In this document: positions 33,907-40,013 of the stretch, one piece after another | Numbering within the stretch: the first letter of the stretch is position 1 | Layout of the letters: each line of letters opens with the position of its first letter | Source: a virus | Lineage: Duplodnaviria; Caudoviricetes | DNA length: 40,013 nt | Strand: one strand, 5' to 3' | Virus record (IMG/VR): IMGVR_UViG_3300008003_000759 | Coordinates: 1-40,013 of that record | Notes under the pieces: model-generated | What the model was told of the DNA's origin: nothing | Database searches by the model: none | Seen by the model: only the letters and a program-made list of their open reading frames with translations | Made by a program: the position numbers and the translations under genes

Positions 33907-35085
33907 ATGACGACCCATTGCATTCTCGGCCAGCGCAAGCTGAAGCAGAACGATATCGTCCACGCACGCGGCCACAACAACCGTGAGGAGGACGTGGGCA
34001 ATGCGGATCGCTCAGCGCCTCCGCCAGCTGTCATCTATGGACCGGAAGATGCATGGGTAGGCGTCCGGGACCGGCTTGCGGATCTCGGCATTCGTCCGCG
34101 CAAGGGCGCCGTGCTGGCGCTCGAACTGATGATGACCACGTCGCCGGAATGGTGGCCGAGCGATGACCCGGTGCGATACGTCAAGCAGCTGCGGTGGTTC
34201 ATCCGACGCAGCATGCGATACCTGCTCGGCCGGTATCCGCGATGCGCCATCGTGTCGGTCACGCTCCATTGCGACGAGCAGACGCCGCACCTTCACGTCG
34301 TGGTGCTGCCCGTGCGCCAGCGGGTCGATGCGCGGTTCGCGGACAAGGGCGAGCGCTGGACGCTCTCCGCGCGTGGCGACCTGCCGCCGAAGCGGGCGAA
34401 GGATGCGCCGCCGATCGACTACTCGACCTACTGGCGAGGCGGGATCGGATCGCGCGGGCAGATGGCATACGAGCAGACCGTCTTCGCTGAGTTCATGGCA
34501 CCGCTCGGCCTCGAGCGTGGCCGCGTCTGGTCCGGTGCGCCGAACAGGCCGAACTCGATCCACCAGGCGGAGATGGGCGACGCGATAGCCGCAGCGAACT
34601 CGGAACGGGAAGCGGGCGGGATCGTGCGCAGGCAGGTTGAGGCGGAGCGGGCCGAGGTGGCGGACGTGCGTGCCGAACTCGAGAGAGCGCGCGCCGAGTT
34701 GGAGGCGTCACTGGCGCGCGCCCGGGCCGAGGAAGGCCGGCTGGCCGAGCAGCGTCGCGCGCTGGATGCTGAGCGTGCCGAGTTCGAAGCGAAGCTCGTG
34801 AAGGTCCGCAAATGGAAGGCCGGTCTCGACGCTGAGCGCGACCGGGTGATCGCGGAACGGGACCGCCAGGCGCAGAATGCGCCGCTCGTGGCAGACCTTG
34901 CCGAGACCGCGATCAAGGCGATGCGATCGGTCGATCTGACGAAGATTCCAGAACGTGAGCGAAACGCCGTCATGCAATCGGCCTACGCGATCGGACAGCG
35001 GCTCGAGGCGGCGGAAGGTGCCCACTGGTCGATCGCGGCCGCTCGGACCGAGTTGCACGCTACCAGCGCATCACGAGCTCGATGA
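33907..35085 (+). CDS. mobV: MOBV-family relaxase (Pre/Mob plasmid recombination enzyme)
   Basis: HNNRE (motif I HxxR), RKGAVLALELMMTTSPEW, LHCDEQTPHLH (motif III), GLERG, C-terminal coiled coil. Confidence 0.92.
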   Translation: MTTHCILGQRKLKQNDIVHARGHNNREEDVGNADRSAPPPAVIYGPEDAWVGVRDRLADLGIRPRKGAVLALELMMTTSPEWWPSDDPVRYVKQLRWFIRRSMRYLLGRYPRCAIVSVTLHCDEQTPHLHVVVLPVRQRVDARFADKGERWTLSARGDLPPKRAKDAPPIDYSTYWRGGIGSRGQMAYEQTVFAEFMAPLGLERGRVWSGAPNRPNSIHQAEMGDAIAAANSEREAGGIVRRQVEAERAEVADVRAELERARAELEASLARARAEEGRLAEQRRALDAERAEFEAKLVKVRKWKAGLDAERDRVIAERDRQAQNAPLVADLAETAIKAMRSVDLTKIPERERNAVMQSAYAIGQRLEAAEGAHWSIAAARTELHATSASRAR

Positions 35086-35604
35086 GCGCTTCTTCTGCTC
35101 CTCTCGATAGCGAGCGAGTTCGGCGCCCGTGTATTTGAGTGGATTGTCCTTCGCGTAGGTCTTCGCGTTGGTTCGCTGCCTGGCGATGAACGACCCGCTG
35201 ACCTTCGGATAGTCCTCGAGCTCCTCGAACCGATCACCGAGGTCGTGTAGGTCCCACTTCGATAGATATTCGTCCCACGTCATGTGATGACCCTTCGTCA
35301 CATGCAGAACGAGGGCCTCCTTCTTCTCGCCACACTCGAGGCAGATCAATCCGTCGATCCGGACCGTCTCGGCTACTCGCCGCCGGGCGTTGTAGTCGCG
35401 CAGCTCATCCTCGGTCAGATGAGCCGTGGCCATCGCCTCGGCGTGCTCGAGGACCGCCTGAGAGGGCGTTCCCAGCGCGAAGTCGCGTTCGCGGATGCGC
35501 TGCCGCAGATCTCGGATATGAGGAAGGAGGGCCACCAGATCCGGCGTCGGAAGGCGCGCGAGATCGGCCATCAGCAGGGCGGCTTCTTCGAGCGTCTTGT
35601 TCAC
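35071..35604 (-). CDS. MucR/Ros-family zinc-finger regulator with atypical N-terminus
   Basis: LICLECGEKKEALVLHVTKGHHMTWDEYLSKWDL..DYPKVS..RTNAK. Confidence 0.8.
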   Translation of the reverse strand: MNKTLEEAALLMADLARLPTPDLVALLPHIRDLRQRIRERDFALGTPSQAVLEHAEAMATAHLTEDELRDYNARRRVAETVRIDGLICLECGEKKEALVLHVTKGHHMTWDEYLSKWDLHDLGDRFEELEDYPKVSGSFIARQRTNAKTYAKDNPLKYTGAELARYREEQKKRSSSS

Positions 35605-35656
35605 GTGAGGCCTCGCATCGGTCTATCCCTAGCGCGGGTGCAGCGTCTGGTCGAGA

Positions 35657-36253
35657 TCACCATTCAATGTCCTCGATCTTCTCCTTAAACCGATTTGGAT
35701 GAGCTTCGAGCATCCGGCGAAAGTTTCCGTCCGGTGTGCAGTCTGCGTCGGAGCCGGGCGCCGAGCGCTCCAGCATCAAGAGGATCGCGCTGCCTTCGAT
35801 GCTGAGCTTGGCATGTGAGATTCTGTCACCGTCGATCTCGATGATCTGCTCGACCTCGAGATAGGTGAGGTATTCCGAGAAGAAGGCACGCGAGCCGTCG
35901 AATATCTCGCCGATCATCTGATCCGGATCGGATGCGTGAAGGCCAGCGTCGATCGCGGCCAGAGTCTGATGCATTCGCTCGATGTGACCGGGATCGTCGG
36001 TGCGGCTGCGCCGCAGGCGGAACGCACTGAAGAGGTCGCGGATCGTCCGGTGATACTTGCCGCGCGGATCCCGGAAAAACCATGTGTCGTTGATCTTCTC
36101 GGAGACCGCTGGGAGGTGGACGAGATACTCGTCGAGCCCCCACGCTTGATCAGCATAGCCGTAATGATGCCAGGCTACGAAATTCCGATTATGCTCAGGG
36201 TGCTTCTCCTTGGTGCGCCATCTCAGCAACTTTCTCGGATACGGTGCGAACAT
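35657..36253 (-). CDS. Hypothetical protein, possible C-terminal winged helix
   Basis: GGAG SD; YLTYLEVEQIIE..AKLSIEG. Confidence 0.7.
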   Translation of the reverse strand: MFAPYPRKLLRWRTKEKHPEHNRNFVAWHHYGYADQAWGLDEYLVHLPAVSEKINDTWFFRDPRGKYHRTIRDLFSAFRLRRSRTDDPGHIERMHQTLAAIDAGLHASDPDQMIGEIFDGSRAFFSEYLTYLEVEQIIEIDGDRISHAKLSIEGSAILLMLERSAPGSDADCTPDGNFRRMLEAHPNRFKEKIEDIEW

Positions 36254-36292
36254 TTTTCATTCTCCAAACTGTTACCACTCGGAGACCTACAT

Positions 36293-36514
36293 TCACAGCA
36301 GCGGGAGCTGCCTCCTTTCCCGCTCGCGCACTCGCGACGCGGCCGCCATCGCCTGCTGCGCGGCTCCTACCGCCCGGCGGTATTCGCTGGTCCTACGCCG
36401 TTCCGCGCGGTCGAAGCTCAGGCTCACGTCATCGAAGAAGACCGTTGAGTAGATCGCTGCCGCCATCGCGCGCAGCGTCTCGTCATGGGCAAGGGGGAGG
36501 GGCTGATTCGTCAT
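36293..36514 (-). CDS. Small LexA-box-preceded hypothetical protein (start ATG 36514)
   Basis: TTGCCG -35 and a perfect SOS box directly upstream; ends RQLPLL. Confidence 0.7.
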   Translation of the reverse strand: MTNQPLPLAHDETLRAMAAAIYSTVFFDDVSLSFDRAERRRTSEYRRAVGAAQQAMAAASRVRERERRQLPLL

Positions 36515-36526
36515 TCCGCATGGGTA

Positions 36527-36541
36527 GAACGAAAGCGGAAC
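36527..36541. promoter_or_regulatory. Alphaproteobacterial LexA box
   Basis: GAAC-gaaagcg-GAAC, perfect GAAC-N7-GAAC in a promoter spacer. Confidence 0.8.
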
Positions 36542-36561
36542 ATTCGGCAAGCAGGTCCGCG

Positions 36562-37419
36562 TTAGGATCGGCGGATGGCGGTCCAATCCGACTTGGCTAC
36601 AACCTCGTCATCGCGCTTCACGCGCGTCTTCCGGACAGTGTCGACGCCTTCGTATTTCACGCCCATTCGCACCCGGTTCACTTCGTCATCGTGGCCACCG
36701 AACGCTTCATGCAAGATCTTCAAAAACTCGACCTGGTCGAGCTGCTGAGGCTCCGGCTTCGGATTGTTGCGAGGCGAAGGGATGGTTGCTGGGAACAGGT
36801 AGATGCAGGGTGGAGGCAGCTGAAAAGGTCCGACAACCGTCAGGCGAGCTGGATCGGCTTCGACCTTCGGACACGGTCGACCGATGGTGCCGCAGACCAT
36901 GTCCCAGATGATGAGACCATCGACCCGTTGCTCTTTCGAAATGATCTCTGCCGACAGCCGTGTGTGGATGCCGGACCATGCGTTGTGGCGAGGGTTCGCC
37001 CCCGGGTTCGTGCATACCGACCACATGACGAATTCGTGGCAGTGTGGCGGCCGCTCGAAGATGTTGGTGTTGTTCCCATCGAGGCAGCCCTTCAGCTCGA
37101 TGGCACAGGTGCGCCCGGATGGAAGTTCGACGGTGTAATCGTGACGGTTTGCTTCGCCAGCGGATTCCCAGCCGTCGATATCGCCGCGATCCTGAAGCCA
37201 GTTGAGCACGCGGGAGACGAAATCGCGCTTCTCCCGCATCGTGGCGGAGAATTGGCCCCGGATACGTTCGATCGCGCCTCGGAATAGACCGCTGTCGTAG
37301 AACTCCTGCTCATCAAGGCCGTGGGTGCCGAGCGAATGAGCCTGCGTCTTCAGAACCTCAGCGAACTCGAGGATTCGCCCGCGCAACTCATCATTCGCGG
37401 TGCAAGGGATGATGCTCAT
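36562..37419 (-). CDS. Putative type II restriction endonuclease (PD-(D/E)xK)
   Basis: RHDYTV..CAIELKG; ATGA-coupled to the C5 methyltransferase. Confidence 0.7.
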   Translation of the reverse strand: MSIIPCTANDELRGRILEFAEVLKTQAHSLGTHGLDEQEFYDSGLFRGAIERIRGQFSATMREKRDFVSRVLNWLQDRGDIDGWESAGEANRHDYTVELPSGRTCAIELKGCLDGNNTNIFERPPHCHEFVMWSVCTNPGANPRHNAWSGIHTRLSAEIISKEQRVDGLIIWDMVCGTIGRPCPKVEADPARLTVVGPFQLPPPCIYLFPATIPSPRNNPKPEPQQLDQVEFLKILHEAFGGHDDEVNRVRMGVKYEGVDTVRKTRVKRDDEVVAKSDWTAIRRS

Positions 37420-38588
37420 GCGACGAGACGCAGATTGCAGCGCATGGCCGCCATGAGCGGATCGAAGATGTTGCGCGCCAAGTGATCGACGACCGGGACA
37501 GCGACGCCGTCGCCGATCAGGTGATAGGCCTCGTTATAGGCGCTCGGCAGTTTGTATTTGTCGGACATGCCCATGAGGCGTGCTGCCTCGCGCGAACTCA
37601 TCAGACGCGAGCGGACGCGTCGGCCCTTGACCTCGATCACGATCTGCCGACTGGATCCACCGGAAGGCGTGCGCAAGCATCCAGCGATACCATCGAAGCG
37701 GACCTCGGTGCGGACTGTCTTCACGCCCTTGTGGACCCGCGTGCGACGATAGGCGGTGCCGAACATCCGCGCGCCGGCCTTGCTGGCCTTGATAACCTTG
37801 CGCCGGTTGATGTCGCTCATCCGGTCGATCAGCGTCTTGGTTTCGTCCTGGCTATGCCATTCGACGCCTTCCGGCTCGTCCTCGATGATCTCGGCCAGAC
37901 CTGCGCGTTTGGTTGAGGGCAGGGGGACCGACCAGTTGATCCAAGCGTCGACCACGCGTTGCAGCTCCGGCTCATCCACAACGCGCGAGACGATGCGATC
38001 ATAGGTAGCTGCGACCCGGCTATCGACGCCGGCGAGCGAACCGGATGGTTCGACCAGACCGGCCGGGATCGTCACGTCATCACGGACAGCGATCAGGAAC
38101 ATGCGCGGGCGCGACTGCGGCACGAAAAGGACGGCATCGATAACCCGCGCGCCGACCTTGTAGCCAGCGTCGACGAGAGCGAGGCAAAGCGCCTCGAAGT
38201 CCTTTCCGGAATGGGATGTCAGCGTCGCAGCGACGTTCTCCAGTGCGACGATGGGCGGGCCGCGTCCTTCTTCGTTCAGCTGCGCTATCAGTCGCCAGAA
38301 GGGCCAGAACACGCCGGAGCGCTCACCTCGGAGACCTGCGCCGCCGCCTGCGAGCGAAAGGTCCTGGCAAGGGAACGACGCCCAGACGAGGTCGGCCTCT
38401 CCCGGAAGGTCGGTAGGCTTGAGCGTCTTCACGTCCGCTGGCTTCATCGCGCCAGCGCCCCAGTTGTCGTCGTAGGTGCCTGCCTTCTTCAAATCGATGT
38501 CGTTCGCGAACAGGCAGCGCCACCGGTCTCCAAGACCTGCTCGCGCCATTCCAGCTCCGGCGAAGAATTCGTAGAAGGTGCCGCTCAT
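37416..38588 (-). CDS. C5 cytosine DNA methyltransferase
   Basis: Motifs FFAGAG (I), SFPCQ (IV), ENV (VI), QSRPR (VIII), REAARLMG (IX), IGDGVAV (X). Confidence 0.96.
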   Translation of the reverse strand: MSGTFYEFFAGAGMARAGLGDRWRCLFANDIDLKKAGTYDDNWGAGAMKPADVKTLKPTDLPGEADLVWASFPCQDLSLAGGGAGLRGERSGVFWPFWRLIAQLNEEGRGPPIVALENVAATLTSHSGKDFEALCLALVDAGYKVGARVIDAVLFVPQSRPRMFLIAVRDDVTIPAGLVEPSGSLAGVDSRVAATYDRIVSRVVDEPELQRVVDAWINWSVPLPSTKRAGLAEIIEDEPEGVEWHSQDETKTLIDRMSDINRRKVIKASKAGARMFGTAYRRTRVHKGVKTVRTEVRFDGIAGCLRTPSGGSSRQIVIEVKGRRVRSRLMSSREAARLMGMSDKYKLPSAYNEAYHLIGDGVAVPVVDHLARNIFDPLMAAMRCNLRLVA

Positions 38589-38603
38589 AGGCGTCGTATG
38601 GCG

Positions 38604-38618
38604 GAACGATACGCGAAC
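38604..38618. promoter_or_regulatory. Alphaproteobacterial LexA box upstream of the methyltransferase
   Basis: GAAC-gatacgc-GAAC, 15 nt upstream of the ATG. Confidence 0.7.
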
Positions 38619-38648
38619 GTCGAGAGAAAGGATCAGCTTTTTGCCGGA

Positions 38649-39014
38649 TCAGTCGGCGATCGGAGGTTCTGGAAGGATCGGAGGCGTCGAGTCCGCGTAG
38701 GTCAGCCAGTGGGCCCAGATCGCGTGCGTCCGCGCCCGCGTAAGGCGATCAGAGCAGTCGGCGGCCATCGTGCGAGCGATCGATCCCGGATACCAGTTCG
38801 TGAAGACGGCACCGCATTCGGTGTCCCGGTATTTGATCCAGGCGCGCTGCGCGTCCCGCAGCTCGGTGCGTGCCTTCGCGTAGTCTTCGCCCTGATCGGC
38901 GAGGCGCTCCATGGCGGCCGTGTAATACCGGTTCAATTCGGCATCAGCGTCATCGGCTGGCGCATCGGCCTGACTGAGCGCGGCAGCGGCCATCGTCAGA
39001 GCGTGAAGCAGCAT
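38649..39014 (-). CDS. Secreted lysozyme inhibitor LprI (DUF1311) family
   Basis: Signal-like N-terminus; ADAELNRYY, LRDAQRAWIKYRDTEC, second Cys..LTRART. Confidence 0.88.
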   Translation of the reverse strand: MLLHALTMAAAALSQADAPADDADAELNRYYTAAMERLADQGEDYAKARTELRDAQRAWIKYRDTECGAVFTNWYPGSIARTMAADCSDRLTRARTHAIWAHWLTYADSTPPILPEPPIAD

Positions 39015-39068
39015 TGGCGGTTCCCTCGTCTATCGTGACCGGCGAGTAGCAGCAGGCGAGGGCGGGCG

Positions 39069-39335
39069 CTACTGGATCGTGGTGTCGCTCGGTCTGCCGA
39101 GTAGATAGGACGAGCTCTTCGTCTGGACGACATCGCCGAAGCGCAAAGGCGGCGCCGGCATCGATCTGATCACGCCCGTTCTGATGCGTGTGCCGTCGTC
39201 CCAGCGTCCGCGCTTGTCGCCCTAGACCTCGGCAAGAATGACCGGCCACCGCTCGCCCTTCTCGTCGCGTAGATCGCAGATCATCCAGCCCATGAGGCAG
39301 GCGTCGAAATCGGTTTTCTTCTCGTCATCTTCCAT
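39069..39335 (-). pseudogene. Small phage-type gene interrupted by an in-frame TAG at codon 38
   Basis: MEDDEKKTDFDACLMGW..ILAEV*GDKRGRWDDGTRIRTG..VVQTKSSSYLLG; TAG at 39222-39224. Confidence 0.7.
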
Positions 39336-39356
39336 AGCGCCGAACGGGCGCAGTAA

Positions 39357-40013
39357 TTACGATCCGACGATAGGCGGCATACGATGAAAAGACCGTGTGG
39401 CAGTAGCGTGCTCTCCACATTCGAACTCGACAAGTTTGGTCGGAAGGCCTGAAGCGAGAGAGGAGATAGGAGCCCATTTTGGACCGTCATATTCGTCCGC
39501 GTTCATATACCCGAGATTGGCCAGCGCGTTATTGAAAGACCATCGGCGAACCAGACGGGGCAGTCTAGCCAAGGAACCAAAGGTTCGCCCGAGATCGAAC
39601 CTCAGTTCGTCCATCGCCTGCTGAGGATCCCATCCTTCGCACGAGAGAAGGAAAGCGGGATTATCCGTCCGTCCAATCCACGATTGGATGTGGTGGACCA
39701 GCCATTCCTCGTATCTGATACCCAACGGCGCATCTTCGACGGGAATGTGCTCATCGCCGAACCGTATCGCTTCACTCGGTCCCTCGTCTTTTCGATCCGC
39801 GATCCAATGATGGATGAAATCGTGCTCCCAGTAGTAAGAGGGTTCAGATCCGGCATATCCAAGCTCACCCGCAAGGCTTGAATTGGTGCCGCGCATGATG
39901 ATTGGCGCAAAGTCAAATTCGTTCACATGACCATCGTCAAACGTAGAACGCGTCCACGATGGGCCACATTCGAACAAGCATGTTTCGAAGCGATGAGAGG
40001 CGATAGGATCCAT
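39357..40013 (-). CDS. Hypothetical protein, lower GC than the phage core
   Basis: 218-aa ORF starting at the window edge; WEHDFIHH..YEE may be a metal-binding motif. Confidence 0.65.
   Translation of the reverse strand: MDPIASHRFETCLFECGPSWTRSTFDDGHVNEFDFAPIIMRGTNSSLAGELGYAGSEPSYYWEHDFIHHWIADRKDEGPSEAIRFGDEHIPVEDAPLGIRYEEWLVHHIQSWIGRTDNPAFLLSCEGWDPQQAMDELRFDLGRTFGSLARLPRLVRRWSFNNALANLGYMNADEYDGPKWAPISSLASGLPTKLVEFECGEHATATRSFHRMPPIVGS

Larger units (their letters stand above)
1..35085. mobile_element. Integrated temperate siphovirus-like prophage (lambda-type gpA terminase and portal); right boundary uncertain, may extend through the cargo to 40013 or beyond
   Basis: Integrase/xis at left edge, ordered packaging-head-tail-lysis module 9640-31452 with ATGA/GTGA-coupled genes, tape measure present and no sheath gene. 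Confidence 0.93.

Noticed and set aside
34141-34170. CGTCGCCGGAAT-like match inside mobV as another late promoter
   Set aside because: No -10-like hexamer 12 nt downstream; explained by the conserved TSPEW codons
1-40013. attL/attR and target tRNA
   Set aside because: The window starts at the integrase stop codon; no tRNA or terminal direct repeat was found by eye, so boundaries cannot be called
33907-40013. Self-transmissible ICE
   Set aside because: No VirB4, coupling protein or mating-pair genes; at most mobilizable in trans

Overview
A GC-rich, apparently intact temperate siphovirus prophage, probably from an Alphaproteobacterium (sphingomonad-like; inferred from the LexA box type, MucR and lysin style). 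The window starts at the integrase stop codon, so no att site is visible. Left arm: tyrosine integrase, AlpA-like excisionase, XRE regulator, RepA/AAA_25-type helicase, a dense palindromic iteron-like array, dNMP kinase and a small MobA/MobL (MOBQ)-like HUH protein. Centre: a lambda-like cos region, terS/terL(gpA), gpW, portal, fused protease-capsid, two DUF2190-like decoration genes, a non-contractile tail module with a -1 frameshift chaperone, an ERF recombinase and a lysis cassette. Right arm: RusA, a MOBV (Pre/Mob) relaxase with an adjacent pMV158-like oriT hairpin, then minus-strand cargo (MucR/Ros homolog, C5 methyltransferase plus PD-(D/E)xK nuclease behind a LexA box, LprI, one amber-interrupted gene). 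Most notable: (i) a complete virion-encoding prophage carrying a relaxase plus candidate oriT, whose promoter shares 14 bp with a virion-gene promoter, suggesting a phage that is also conjugatively mobilizable; (ii) a fixed-spacing promoter motif CGCCGCCGGAAT-N12-(-10) in 6 exact and 1 degenerate copies, with no recognisable late activator; (iii) many apparently leaderless genes and direct LexA control with no cI-type repressor. All protein calls come from motif recognition by eye, not database searches.
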